A DNA stretch of 63,996 nucleotides, filler included, from Collodictyon triciliatum (taxonomy: Eukaryota): NCBI GenBank assembly GCA_043381765.1. It is 17 parts of 17 records of this genome, joined end to end, with 100 filler letters (N's around TTAATTAATTAA, not from the genome) between each part and the next. Parts side by side here need not be neighbours in the genome. Positions count along the whole stretch, not along the records: positions 25,545 to 29,091 come from JBHJMP010007161.1; positions 29,192 to 32,739 come from JBHJMP010007162.1; positions 32,840 to 36,386 come from JBHJMP010007163.1; positions 36,487 to 40,032 come from JBHJMP010007164.1; positions 40,133 to 43,677 come from JBHJMP010007165.1; 12 more parts are not named here. The stretch is one strand, 5' to 3'. Below, piece by piece: positions 26,545 to 40,249 of the stretch. Under the pieces are notes generated by a model. That model searched no databases, was not told the origin of the DNA, and worked only from the letters and a program-made list of their open reading frames with translations. How positions within the stretch are numbered: the stretch's first letter is position 1; every line of letters begins with the position of its first letter. Position numbers and translations under genes: made by a program.

Positions 26545-28610
26545 TAATAGAGAAAGAACAAACCGTAGAATGGAATGCTTTTGTTTGGTACAGGAAAGTC
26601 AAGTTTCAGCGGGCCTGGCAATGGGTTCTTTTTTTCGTAAATGAAAAGGATTAACCAAGCTGCCTCTAAATATTATGGTCATTGCAAGAATTCATTTTTA
26701 CATTATCAAATGAAATTATGGTGTTATTTTACGCCAGTATAATTGGCGTGTCTTACGTGCCAAAGTACATATAAAAAGAAGTTTACGTATTGGCGTTCTT
26801 ATTTTCTTTATTGCTTGTTGATTGTGTCAAAGTACCTTCGTTTTCCTTGACTCTTTGATGTTTATACGCTGTTCGACAGTGTGAACTCCCAAAAGATTAT
26901 CGATCTTTGTGCAAATCGTACATGTGTGATTGTTTCGTTGCCAGTGTTGATTGCATGCTGGTATCATGGCGGGATTTCAGAATGTTGTAAAATTACTCAC
27001 AACTCGCCAATAGTCCATCACATTGACGGTTCAATTTTTCAATTATCTTGCGGTGTTATTCAGGTGAAAGAGAAAAAAGGTATGTAAAAGGATCCTTTTA
27101 TGCCATTTGTTCAATAATGATAATAATAAAAACAAAAAAAAACCATTGCAGAAGGCCTCTGTTGCCCCAAGATATTTATAGACTCGAAGCTTAAGATTCT
27201 GACACACATTGCATACTAATTGCTTCGTGTAAATGCGCTTCTTCCGAGAGGATGACTTTGGATACTGCTCAGCTAGGTTGAAGGGGGAAATACATTACTT
27301 TATCGATCAATAAAAATAGAATAATATGTGAGGATACCATGCACTATGTTGAAAGCATATTACAATGATGTTATGATTGGTGATTTTACCCTCTACTTCC
27401 AGAGATATCATATTATCCTTCCTCTGCAATTTACACGGCATTTCATTAATGCTATCTGTCTTCATTTCGTGACCTATGAGGTAGTCAATAATTATCTGTC
27501 TGGAGATTAGATGAAAAACACCAACTTATGGACGCTTTACATAATTGGACTACACATCACACAATACTGTGTTAAAATTTGATATGTTGGCGGTTTCTTC
27601 TCATTTTTTTCATTTAAGAAAGTTGAATAATGGTTTCTGGAGTTCATAATTTGTGGCGTTCAACAACCATATTGAAATTAAAAGCTTCCATAATAATGAA
27701 GGTTAAAAAAAATGATAGAAGAAATATGGATTTTGCCGTGTGCTACCTTGCGTTGATGAATATGGGAATGAAGAGGGATATTGGCAGTTGTATGGCGTAG
27801 AGTAAAAGTAAGGAAGATGCTGGAATGCGGGCCATGTATTTCCAGGAAAGTTTTGCAGATAGAATGGGGTGCTAAACGGTGTATTCTGGCCAAAATGTGG
27901 AGTCGTAGGATATCCCATGCGAGTTCCGTCGCTGTTTGATGCGTTCACAGACAGATTCTGCGCAGAAGATAATATGTGGGAAGTTGGTGGGATGGCACAC
28001 GGTCCATTGTGAAGCCGAGAAGCCTGAGCACCGAGGCCAAATCCATGTGCTTGATTGTGCATTTGGGTAGAAGATGGGAACGAATGGACACTGTTTAACG
28101 CTGCTATTGAGATCCCGGTCATTTGTGAGTGCATTGACTGCTGCATTTGCTGACTGAGTCCTGCGGATTGTAAACAAAATCAGGATGAGTATTGTGAATG
28201 GGCTTGCTGTAAGTAAGGGTTTTCTAAATATATAATAGAGAATTTGAAGAGAAGGTGACTATACGATGATGAGCACATGAAAGATTTTGTTTAACTACAG
28301 TTGGGGAATCTCCATGGACAAAAATGATCAGTTATAGATCTTTTCTTTTTTATTTTCTTCTTCTTTCTTCTTTCTTCTTTCTTCTTTCTTTTTTCTTTTT
28401 TCTTTTTTTTCTTTTTTTTCTTTTTTTTTAGTTTTAGGTGAAAGTACATCACTCCTTCTGACCATGTGCCATCACATTTTGGTATTTTAAACTTATGTTA
28501 TTGCATTGTATATTATGATAGTAAAAGGTGTCGCTTTACAAACCAATCATGCTACTGTCTCCATGGGCCGGGTTCTCGTCAAGGCCGAGGCCGTCACTAT
28601 CCATATACAT
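26545..28610 (-). CDS. Putative transcription factor with Q/S/P/Y-rich region and divergent GATA-type zinc finger, multi-exon; ends uncertain
   Basis: Splicing 27144 to 26957 (GT...CAG) gives CNVC-QNLKLRVYKYLGATEAF-CNACNQHWQRN, i.e. C-x2-C-x17-CNAC, preceded by basic SRKKR. A low-complexity exon lies at about 27750-28160. Confidence 0.55.
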
Positions 28611-28967
28611 GAGACAAGCAGTGGATTCGGTAGCACCTCGTCTAAATGTTGCCTTTCACTTCGTTTGTGGCCCTCCCACAAGAGAACTATTGTGCAACTG
28701 GATATAAGGGCGAAAAGATAAGAAGCCGCTCAATGAAACAAACAATTATCCCATAAAATCATGTTAATTCTCAGAGCCAGCTGGTGTTCTTGAGACCTGT
28801 TCGTTAGGTTTAGGCCTTTTATATATGAAAGAGGAGGAAAAAACAAGAACAAGAACAAGAACAAGAACAAGAAGAACAAGAACAAGAAGAACAAGAACAA
28901 GAAGAACAAGAACAAGAAGAGCAGGAACAAGAATAACAAGAACAAGAAGAACAAGAACAAGAGCAAG

Positions 28968-29023
<56 letters not shown>

Positions 29024-29673
29024 GAGAGAAAGAAAAGAAAATGAAAGAGAAAGAGAAAGAGAAAGAGAAAGAGAAAGAGAAAGAGAAAGAGNNNNNNNNN
29101 NNNNNNNNNNNNNNNNNNNNNNNNNNNNNNNNNNNTTAATTAATTAANNNNNNNNNNNNNNNNNNNNNNNNNNNNNNNNNNNNNNNNNNNNGTTGTTTTT
29201 GTTGTTTTTGTTGTTTTTGTTGTTTTTGTTGTTTTTGTTGTTTTTGTTGTTTTTGTTGTTTTTGTTGTTTTTGTTGTTTTTGTTGTTTTTGTTTTGTTTT
29301 GTTTTGTTTTGTTTTGTTTTGTTTTGTTTTGCACGAAGAGAAAATATACGTAGTTTATGTGACAATAACGCAAGCAAATTATGTATGTAATCAAACAAAA
29401 TGTGGAGAAAATCGTCAGGGTAGGTGACTTCAGATAGAAAAAATACAAGCAAACGAACAAAACCATATTTTCTAGAAGGCAGGCTATCATATCCAATCAG
29501 GCATAATGGTTTGTGGTAGCGGTGAAGGGTGTTGTTCATTTTTTGTGTATATCAAACCCCGCTAAGGGATTTCATTTTAGATTGTGAGAGACAATTACAC
29601 TGATGAAGCATGGCGCAAAAGAAGTATTTATCATAGGCTAAGTCCATAGGGTCCAAAAGAATTGGGCGCCAGC

Positions 29674-31285
29674 TTAGAATGCAACATTGCGGTGGGATGT
29701 TGCTTGGTCAAACTTGTTTTCCAGGACGAAGCGGTAGCGGACATCACCAGCACGAACGCGCTCGAGGGCAGTATTGATGTTCTGGATGGGCAGAACTCCA
29801 ATCCAAGGACTGACGTTGTACTCGGCAGCAAATTGCAACATTTCTTTGATTTCGAAAGTGGAGCCGATGACGCTGCCATATAGGCCGACTTGGCTCATGA
29901 TAAGATTGAAGGGCGCGATTTTGGTGAGTTCCTCAGGGAGACCAACCACGACCATTTTTCTGTGAGTGTGGAGGAGTGAAAGATACCCACCTTAGTTCAT
30001 GTCGTTGCTGTTGGCTGTCACAAGGATAACATCCAACTAATTAATTCTGATTGTAAAACAAAGTTCACTTTCTTTATTTTAGCAATATATAAGCACATAT
30101 TAACGGATTTTTGTGTTTGATTCGCAAACGGTCTTTGCAGCAGCGATTTATGCAGGGTTGCTACTGTTGATGAAGTGATGCGCTCCAAGCTTGATAGCTT
30201 CCTCTTTCGTTTTGTCTGAGTGAGAAATGGCGGTTACTTCGCCTCGTAGGGCCTGCTTTTTTTTGTTTTAAATATATGAACACATGAATCGACTTTAAAG
30301 CGATATATGCCGTGAAGTTATTTTATTTTGCAACATAAATATCATAGTGAAAACAAATCTTGGCGAACCAGATTCCCAAATGCCCATGTCCTCTGATACC
30401 AATTATTCCTACCTTTATTCCAGTGCTTACACCGTGGCTGTTTATGAGAAAAAAAAAACGTAAAAATAAAGCGCTTCGTTTATTGTATCAAGAAATAGTG
30501 TAACTTAGGTATCTGTGAGTCTAAATGATGTCCCTACCGCCTCAGGGGAGCGAAAACTGTGATTTCAGCGCATAGAAGAGGAGCAGCAACATCAGAAGGG
30601 ATACTCTCTGGATGAGGAAGGCGAAGTCGGACAAGAGACGGATGCGGTCGGCATATCCACCCCTTGAGAGCTCACCGTCAGCGTAGGGTATATTGTAGTT
30701 GAAGACTTTCTTTGGGTACCATTGGTTATCCTTGTAGCTGCACTCATAACAATCGGGCTTCAGACAGGCAAAATACTGATGCTCACACCCACTCGGTCTC
30801 CTACATTGAAAGAAGGTCGATATTGATGAGAGGTGATCGCAAGACTACGTAACATGCAAAGCTTTACATGGATGGCATCTTTTTTTATGAGACTTACCAT
30901 CAGGTTCGTCATGTTATAACCTGCGGCAACAACCTCGCCGATAACCTCATGTCCAACAACCACAGGATAGACTGACCTCTTCCAGCCGTTATCGATGGTA
31001 TGGATATCTGTAAAGTTGTGAATAATACGGGTAAGTGGAGCAACAACATCAGAGTCTATGGTGCGGCGTTGCTTCTCATCACAAGATGAGCTTTACAACT
31101 TGCTGCAGCCTCTGTGTATTTTTTTTCAAAGGTCACTCACCCGAACCGCAGATTCCGCAGTGGGTGAAATTGATCTCAATGGTGCGCGGGCCAAGGATGC
31201 GGGGGTGATACGTCCATGGCTCAAGAGCTACTCCGGCACTCAATGCGGCATAGGAGTGGAATGTAACACTGGTCTTAACGGCCAT
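29674..31285 (-). pseudogene. Zn-dependent NADP alcohol/cinnamyl-alcohol dehydrogenase (CAD/ADH6-like) pseudogene, intron-containing
   Basis: HCGICGS|DIH, GHEVIG, GDRVGV, GGYAD, AAPLLC and GDVRYRFVL. Disabled by frameshifts near 30770 and 30612, an in-frame TAA at 30148-30150, and motif changes (GIRGHGH, CAE, last structural Zn Cys replaced by Tyr). Confidence 0.85.
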
Positions 31286-32002
31286 CTGGCTACTTTTTAT
31301 ATGGGATAGATGCGGGATAAGTTGAAAGAAAATAAAGCAATCTTGATGGGCATTATCATTGGCGTGCTGGGTTGAGATATCATTCCAAGATGCTCTGACA
31401 AGGTTGAGGCAGGGTGATGAAAAATAAATAATGGTTATTTAGATTGTGGTTTTTAAAGATTCTCGTCACTCTTTTGTTTTTCTTTTGCAGTTACAGTTGG
31501 TTTGCTGTTGATAGGTCAATTCATTGAGAAAACAGAGATATGTCACGCGTGGTGCTCGGCAAAGCAATCCACTTAACGTTTAGATTTCATAAGGAAATAT
31601 GTTACCTCTTCAATCTTCTGTCATCTGTCAAACCGGACGCCTATTTGTGTGTTCCTAAAGCTGGACATGCGTTTTTTTATATGCTCTGTTAAATCCCAGC
31701 CGGCAATGGCGAAGCACATTCGAAACGCATTAGGTGAAGTCCCTTTGGCGAGGTGGCAGGCAGGATGACATGTGGGCCCTATTGGTCAAAGGTATCCTAG
31801 ATGCTTCTGGAAGCTTTCGCCTTCAGTGCAACCTTTATGGAAAATACCACCTGTATTTTATTTTCCTCCATAATCTAATCATCATTTATGTCACGCTGGG
31901 AATGTCTTTTCAACTTTGGTTTTTTTTCTTTTTAGATTTTAGATTGAGTTGCCACATGAAAGTAACCAAAGACACTCCATCATTCCGTGCCTCTTTTACT
32001 TG

Positions 32003-32605
32003 AGTATCAAGGCAGTCATTGTTGCGTATCCGAAACGATAATCCAAAGCAAAGGCATCACAAGAATCAGCGCCCACCAAAGATAGTCCGTTTATCCCGCT
32101 CCAGCCTGTCGCACCGAGAACCAAGGAGCAAGAGCAAATACCACAAGTCGAATCCGAGCTTAGAAACTTCACACACCAATGACAGTCCGAGCAAGCAGAA
32201 GCGTATGTTTCTAAAACCACAAACGCGCATCCATACTCCGGTTAAGCAAAGTCCACTGCCAAATACGCATGGTTCTGAAACCAGGGGACGGTCAAGTGCC
32301 ACCTCCGATAATACCAGACAAACAACAACATATCGCGTTCTGTCTGAGTCGCCCAGCAAGAAACGTAAGGAAAGTGACCCGTTGTCCACTCATAAGACGC
32401 ATCCTGTGGAATGAAATAGGATGTACGGCTTGTCCGAGATAGACAGCTGAAAGGTCTTGTTGGAATCGATTCTTGAAGTAACAGCCATGCGCTTACTTTC
32501 ATCGACCCGACAACTTTATCCGCTCTTTTACAAGTGTCGAATACAATCAGAAATCGCGTTGGAGTTGAATCACCTGGGAAGAATAGTCTGCGTGAGAGAA
32601 TACTT
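32003..32605 (+). mobile_element. Repeat family A copy, 5'-truncated
   Basis: Homologous to 52095-52700. Runs into an expanded pyrimidine tract at the contig end. Confidence 0.82.
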
Positions 32606-32879
32606 TCTTTTTTTTTCCTTTTTTTCTTTTTTCTTTTTTCTTTTTTCTTTTTTCTTTTTTCTTTTTTCTTTTTTCTTTTTTCTTTTTTCTTTTTTCTTTT
32701 TTCTTTTTTCTTTTTTCTTTTTTCTTTTTTCTTTTTTCTNNNNNNNNNNNNNNNNNNNNNNNNNNNNNNNNNNNNNNNNNNNNTTAATTAATTAANNNNN
32801 NNNNNNNNNNNNNNNNNNNNNNNNNNNNNNNNNNNNNNNCCCCCCCCCCCCCAAAAAAAAAAAAAAAAAAAATTCAGGC

Positions 32880-34057
32880 AACTGGACTCCAACACCAGAG
32901 TGTGGTTCGGTTGAGGGTTCGAAAAATACCATACCCTCGCTTGATGCCAACCCTGACTTTAGGGATTTGAATGTGATCGAAAGCCAACAACCATTTTTGA
33001 AAAATACAAATGATACACCATCTATCACACAAGATATACCCTGCAACAACTCTGAGAATGATGGCCAAAAGGATGGGAAAGACCCTTCATATCTTCAACA
33101 TCATGGTATCTTGTTTGGTTATATATTAACCTACCAGATATATTTGATTGAATTATTTATTTATACTATTTAATCAACAACTGTTCTCTTTCTTAAAAAT
33201 TAGGCCAGAGTGTCATCCAATCCGATGCATTCCTTACTCGTGGAGCAGAATGTCATATCCAGTCGCATACACAACCGGAGGAATGGGTTACCTATACTGG
33301 ATGTGAGCATAGAAAGCACAGCGCATCAGAAGACGTTCCTATATCACCCGTGAAGTCACAAGAATATTCTCAAATAGAATCGCCCATGTTCAGTTTAGAA
33401 TCTGTTCAGGGCTCTCAGAATGATGCAGCTGATGCAAGAAGTTATGCGAGTGCTGACGCGAGACCGGCGAGCAATGACTGTCCTTCTAACCCTATATATC
33501 GACAAATAAATGTCAGTGATGATGCTCAACCATCCAATTCCTCTCCAAGTCAAGTCGATGCAGGAACTTCTGCAATTCCTATGGAACAACAAGGGCATCT
33601 TATAGCTAGTCACAACCACCACCCAGAATTGACAATCGCCCAAGAGAGCCCAAAGCCACTAGACTTACAATCGAATTTAGCATTATCAGAGGCGGTATTA
33701 CCAACTAGAACCATGTCAGGCATCAAAGAAAAGTCTAAATCGCCACCGACAGGAAACTCACAAGTCCCACTCGACGAACAAACAGGCGAAGCTCAAATGC
33801 ACACACCCCATGCAAAATCTACTCCTTATGGGGTTGGTGAGAATGAAAAACAGGAGCTCAAGACGGAAACAGGGTCAAAGCTCATTTCTCTTGGAGAAAC
33901 CCCAAATACTATTACCACTCATGTAATAACAACCTCACCGAATACACATACGACTGAAACATCCCCCAGACAAAGCTGGACTGGTCAAGGAGGAATAGTC
34001 GACTCTGCTGACTCAACAAACCACATTCCACCAGAGGTTGGCGACAACAAAGCTTAA
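32880..34057 (+). CDS. Hypothetical S/P/T/Q-rich low-complexity coding region, partial, possibly degenerate
   Basis: Open frame of at least 235 codons with disordered composition and a candidate intron at about 33107-33204. No recognisable domain. Confidence 0.35.
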
Positions 34058-34739
34058 ATACCCATCAACACCATAAAAGGAATAAATCTCTAGTCGGCAG
34101 AGTTCCCTATTGCCCCTGGACAAGTGTGGAAGTAGTGAGGCACTTGACCAGGTACAATTATTGTTTCCTTCCTTTCCATGTGGAGAACCGATTTGCCAAT
34201 ATACCAGCCATTCTTTCAACAGGTTCTTGACGTGCAACCACACCGCTAGGCGTTAAAAAAAAAAAAAAAATTACAGTAACACCATCGCCCTTCAAGCCAT
34301 CCTCAGAAATGGAGCCACACTTAATAAATAGCGATGCACTCATAATCAATACAATGGCCCGCAACACCCTGCCAAATGTACGGGTCGAACACCCGACCCT
34401 ACCATTATCTTAGGTATCTTTTCTTTTTTTCTGCTATGAAAATATACGCTCTCAGTATCTGACAGTTTGACATGAATCAACACGACCTTCAAGGAAGCGG
34501 TGCATAGCGTTCACTCAACAAATCCAAGCAGTACCGTTCGTGCGATAACTGAAACACACTAGCTGTCCCTTATCCATTCACCTTAACACCCATGTCCCCA
34601 GTGCTCTTGCATACCTGCCTGCCACCATTTTTCTAAATGTTGTCCTCTTTCATGCGCCCTCAGGCCCCCCGCTAAGTACCTTTGCTTGCTATTCCACTCA
34701 TACGTATGGCAGGTGTGATGTACGTTATGCATCAGCAAC

Positions 34740-35840
34740 GAAAATGTCTGCATAAAAGAACTGGCTGCCCCTGCTCTGGTGCGCTTGTGTGAGGACTACG
34801 TTAACTGTGCCCGTCGTTAGGGAACACCCCAATAAACGATGGGACTTCTGAGGAGAGAAAATCCAAGAAGTCTATCAGGATGTGGTAATGAACTCGCATG
34901 AGTATTACCATGAACCATCCCCCAGGTAATTGCACAAGTGGCCGAGCAACATGCCTGACAAGATATCTGTAACATTCGCCTGCTGCATCCTCTGATTACC
35001 CTCTAACCTTCGAATACCAATCCCAGTCCATTCCTTTATCTTGTGAGGCACCCCGACCCACAAGATGCTCTCTGAGCTTGATTACGCTCCCAACCGACTC
35101 AGCGCGTCTGATATCCTGTTTGGCCCATAATACCAAACGACCCACGACTCTAGAATACTCTGGACAGTCACAAGGGGACATATGCTGCAGTTCTTATGGA
35201 GTGTGCGTGCATTCTCTCGCTCTAATGGGTCACCCGAACGAGAAATCAATGTATCGAGGCTGGAAAGCCTCGTGCAATACAGCTTCCTGAACAGTCTGCT
35301 GAAACACGCTCGCATTCTTCGCTACTCTGACCGCAAGCGAAGGGGGATGTGGGAATGTGTCGTAACATATCTCCCACAACCAATCAACCAGTTGGGACGC
35401 CCACCTGACCAACTCGCTATCACTGACTTCTTTCCAGTGCTAGCCTCTCCACGGTAGTGTCTTCCCCTACTCACGTTTGCTCTCGCCCATGCGCTCCATC
35501 CCGCCCCTTTGTATGGCATAACCTCGCTACACTTTGAATCGAATAAAGGAAAAAAAATCTTGTGAGGCACCCCACAAACACCTTTTATTCACACCCACCC
35601 TGGTTCACCTGGGTTGAAAGCGGCTATTACCACCAACCGGCTTAGCCGCCATGGTTGCTCACCATTTCCCTTGCTCCTGAAGTTTTCGCGTTGTGTGTTT
35701 TCCCGCTTCTTTAAGTGTACCGCCAGCCTGGACGATACTCTGTAAGCTGCACAAACAAGAAGAGGGACTACGACAGTGTCAAAAAGTCCATCGAAGAAGA
35801 GCACCGCAGACAGCTTCAGCACCTACCGCCAACCCTGTTG
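34740..35840 (+). mobile_element. Possible degenerate LINE ORF1/gag relic interrupted by the family B insertion
   Basis: Frameshifted zinc-knuckle-like FFKC/RQPGRYSVSC at about 35705-35750 and RRM-like VCIKELAAP...EDYV at about 34745. Many stops. Confidence 0.3.
35055..35556 (+). mobile_element. 5'-truncated LINE family B insertion with 17-bp target-site duplication
   Basis: ATCTTGTGAGGCACCCC at 35038-35054 and 35557-35573 flanks an ORF2 3' end, UTR and A-tail homologous to 24845-25444. Confidence 0.93.
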
Positions 35841-36486
35841 TGTTTGTTCTATTATCACAAAGGAGGGGATACTGCTGGAGTTTCCTTGCATTTTTTTATC
35901 TTGTGTTGACGGCGTTTGTTGGTCTATCCTCCTGTTGTTTTATATATTGTTTTTATTGATGTTGTTGGTTGATTGATTGGTTTTGTTGGTTGTCCAAAGA
36001 GTTGAATGTGTCAAACGCACGGTTCTGTTTGCGGAAAAGGGCGTATCTTTTGTGGAAAACAAAGCTTCTAGCGCGGGGTGTGGAGAATTCACAGAACGGG
36101 GCGAGATTTGGAGAGATAATATGTATGTGGAAATTATAGGCGACAACAGCTGAGTCCATGTATATTTAGCTATGCCAACATGCAAGCACTACAACAATTC
36201 AATGCAGCGTGTGTGTCGCGGTATGTGGTAAAGTATCGGTGCCACGAGCCCGCATACGCGTTAAATCTGCAACATGAATCATAATTTCACGGCAAGGATA
36301 GTTCGGGTTTTAACTGGACTTGAGAAAGAGTGTAACCTCTTCTGTTTTTTTTTTTGTTTTATTTTTATTTTTTTTTGTTTGTTTTTNNNNNNNNNNNNNN
36401 NNNNNNNNNNNNNNNNNNNNNNNNNNNNNNTTAATTAATTAANNNNNNNNNNNNNNNNNNNNNNNNNNNNNNNNNNNNNNNNNNNN

Positions 36487-37192
36487 AGAAAAGGAAAGAA
36501 AAGGAAAATAAAAAGAAAATAAAAAGAAAATAAAAAGAAAATGAAAAGAAAATAAAAAGAAAATAAAAAGAAAATGAAAAGAAAATGAAAAGAAAATAAA
36601 AAGAAAAGGAAAATAAAAAGAAAAGAAAATAAAATGAAAATAAAATGAAAATAAAAGGAAAGAAAAGAAAAAGAAAAGAAAAATAAAATAAAAGAAAAGA
36701 AAAAAGAAAAAGAAAAATAAAAAGAAAAGAAAAGAAAAGTGAAAAGAAAATGAAAAGAAAATGAAAAGAAAATGAAAAGAAAATGAAAAGAAAAGAAAAA
36801 AAAGAAAATAAAAAGAAATGAAAAGAAAAAAAGAAATAGAAAAAGAGCAAGAAAAAGAGCAAGGAAAAGAGCAAGAAAAAGAGCAAGAAAAAGAGCAAGA
36901 AAAAGAAAAAGAAAAAGAAAAAGAAAAAGAAAAAGAAAAAGAAAAAGAAAAAAGAAAAAGAAAAAGAAAAAGAAAAAGAAAAAGAAAAAGAAAAAGAAAA
37001 AGAAAAAGAAAAAGAAAAGAAAAGAAAAGAAAAGAAAAAGAAAAAGAAAAAGAAAAGAAAAGAAAAGAAAAGAAAAGAAAAGAAAAGAAAAGAAAAAGAA
37101 GAAAAGAAAAGAAAAAGAAAAAAAAGAAAAAAAAGAAAAAAAAGAAAAGAAATAGAAATAGAAAAGAATAGAAAAGAAAAGAAAAGAAAAGA
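36487..37192. repeat. Long A/G-rich compound microsatellite (GAAAA, GAAAAA, GAAAAT units)
   Basis: About 700 bp of purine-rich simple repeats. Confidence 0.9.
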
Positions 37193-37229
37193 CCATCTAA
37201 TTTATTAAGAAATAATACTTATTATGAAA

Positions 37230-39271
37230 TTTTTTTTGAGGTATAACAAGAAAAACAATCGAGGTTGCGCATGAGGTCACCCTGCATGGCTTTCTAGCTT
37301 CAATGTAGAGATTGGCAATTTTGAGAAACTTCCAATCTTCGAGGGTACATACCAATTCAACAACACCTCTGATTCTGTTAACAGTAGAGTTCATCGATTT
37401 ACTCTGAAAATACTGGTGTATCGAAGGGGAATCACAAAATAAAACAGTTGATAAGTAATTGCGTGTGTCACAAGGGGACAATAGCTTCCAATCAATCACT
37501 GTAAAAAAAAAAAAAATTCTAAAATCCCTTCGTTTCCCTGAATCGAATAAAGGGGAAAAAAAGCCTTCAATTAACCAGAAAAGAACAAAAAAAAGCAAAC
37601 ATTTTCCTCTGCGATCGGGTGACCCACAGGCTTGAATGGCTAAAGAATTTCAATGATTTTATTCCAAAATAGAAACAGAATACCAACAATATAGTATTTA
37701 AATAAAATATTATTCCTAATCACACATTGCATAAAAATATAATAATCTTCACCCTGGAGAATGCTTCAGCATCATTCCTTTTTTAATCCGGCCATGTATA
37801 TTTTGTCGATTAAAGAGGAATAAGAATTATGGTATCAGGCGCAGTGTATATTAAAAGAATCAGTAATTTGGATGTGTCATGAGCTAGTTGAGTTATTCAA
37901 TCGCAAATCTTACGGTGCAATGTGTGGGCGATGAATGGTCTGTAAAGGCATTGCCATAGGCTGCTCCATCGGCACTTCAAACGGCAAATCGTATCTTCTC
38001 CAAGGTGGTATTGCGTTAGATTGCGGAGATGCGTCTTTTTTTTCTACAGGAGGTCTATTGTGCTCTGCGGCATGTATTATGAGTGCATAACGAATGAAAT
38101 GTACCAGAGTAATTGAAGCGGAAAATGAAATTAAAGAGTCATTCGCAACTCAGAAATGCTTACGGTTGATTTTGTAGGCAACCAGAGAGCGCCTTTCCAA
38201 TACTTTCTGTTTTGTATCCTATCATATTTCATCAGATAAGGTTTTTCTTCATTTTCCCCCTTTATTCAATTCAAAGTAAATCAATGTAACTCTTTGAGCA
38301 AATAACATATTCAAATATATTACACTTCGTATCGAATAATGGAAAAAAATTCAAATAAACTGCTGGGCTAAAAATAATAACAATTATAAACAGAGTCCTT
38401 TATGTAGCTGAGACAGCGGGTTAACAATGAAGAAAAGATTACAAACCTCAAATGTTTCATATTCTGGGGCATATCTGACTTTCAACAGATTCCCAATAAA
38501 ATGGTAGTCATCATTTTTCCTTTTTGCAAATCTGTAGACAAATTCTCATTAGTGGCAAAGAAAATAATTCTGTTACTAATACTCCTATGTATGCAATCAA
38601 TAATATATGGCGGGCTGCATAGACGAGATGAGTTGATTGAATAATAATTATCTCGAATCCTATATGTAAACTGCAAACTATTATATTCTTTACCGAGCAT
38701 TCTTAATATTACAAAATTTTATCCAATATGTATCAGTGTACGGCTCATTTTCGACTTCATCCATTATACGCCACCTAAAGAATAATAATAAAAAAATGTT
38801 ATGAAAATGATGAGTAGAATAACGGTACAAAAAGTTATCTTATGACCTATGCGTACGTGATATTGGCAAAGAAAACAAAATTAAAATTAAGTTAATCATT
38901 AGTATTCAGTATTCAATGGTTGACGTTAAAATGTAATGGAATATTATGAAGTTTGTTTGTTGGCTCATCGAATCATCATACTCTTCGATTGGACCGTATA
39001 AAGCGAACAATTGGAGGAGTTCGTGTACATTCCCAAATGCCGGTACGTTAGACACAATCAAATATCTGATATACACAAGGAAAGTTTAAAGTTTACAAAA
39101 GATAAATATTAGACGTCATTATGAGTTCAGGATGAGAAGGGTGGACCAAAATGACGGAAGATAACCTTACTTTGACTCTTGGGCTGGTGTATATACTTTG
39201 GTGGCAATGCCATCACGATATTCACGATACTTTGGCCGCTTCGCCTCCTGAGCGTCAGCATCGTCGCCCAT
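37230..39271 (-). CDS. RBM48: RNA-binding protein 48 (minor spliceosome factor), multi-exon; 3' end approximate
   Basis: Spliced: KVYTPAQESK|YLIVSNVPAFGNVHELLQLFALYGPIEE..DTYWIKFCNIKNAR|FAKRKNDDYHFIGNLLKVRYAPEYETFE|DTKQKVLERR, the RBM48 RRM signature. Confidence 0.9.
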
Positions 39272-39856
39272 TGGTTTGTCGCTGTGAAAATGAAACTCGC
39301 GCTGCTTGGTTTTTCAGTCAGCGTGATCCTCTTCTTTCTTTTTTTTTTTAATTGATATATCTCTAGTTCTTGACTTTCGTTTCTTCTGTTCTTTATTTTC
39401 GTTGTTTTTGTTATTTTATTTTTTTTTTTGTTTTGTTTGACCGAAGGAAACACCACGATTGTATTGCAAACGGAGCGTTAGAAAAAAAAAGAAAAAAAGT
39501 TGAATCGAAGCTGATAAGGACAAGCAACGAAGCTAATAGCCCGAGCAGGAGTATTACGAATAGAAAAATAACCTTAACAATGATGAACGTATCAGTGATC
39601 CACTCCACAGCAACCAGTTTTTTTTCAATTTTTTTTCCTATCAAACTCAGTCGAATCTCTTGATCTCCTTTATTTTTTTTTACCAGCGTCCAAGGCGTTA
39701 ATAAAAAGAGATGGAAAGGAATAGTTCATCGCAGGGCCGAAGCACAAGGAAGCAAGATAAGACAACCAACTCTTTTTTCTTCTAGTTATATTATTCTAGA
39801 ACCATAACAATCCATCTCAAGAAAATCTAGCTATTCCTGAAAGCGTTGGCTGTGGA

Positions 39857-39952
<96 letters not shown>

Positions 39953-40249
39953 TGTAGCTGTAACAAAGAGCCCTGTGTCGGGACAGCATATCGCACTGAA
40001 TAAACCCTAAAAAAAAGTAAGCAGATAATGGGNNNNNNNNNNNNNNNNNNNNNNNNNNNNNNNNNNNNNNNNNNNNTTAATTAATTAANNNNNNNNNNNN
40101 NNNNNNNNNNNNNNNNNNNNNNNNNNNNNNNNAAAAACAAACAAAAAACAAAAAACAAAAACAAAAACAAAAACAAAAACAAAAACAAAAACAAAAACAA
40201 AAACAAAAACAAAAACAAAAAAAAAAGGAAAGAAAAGGAAAATTAGAAG

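Noticed and set aside
36431-37196. Poly-F/K/I/N ORFs here and at many contig ends
   Set aside because: Translations of microsatellites and N runs.
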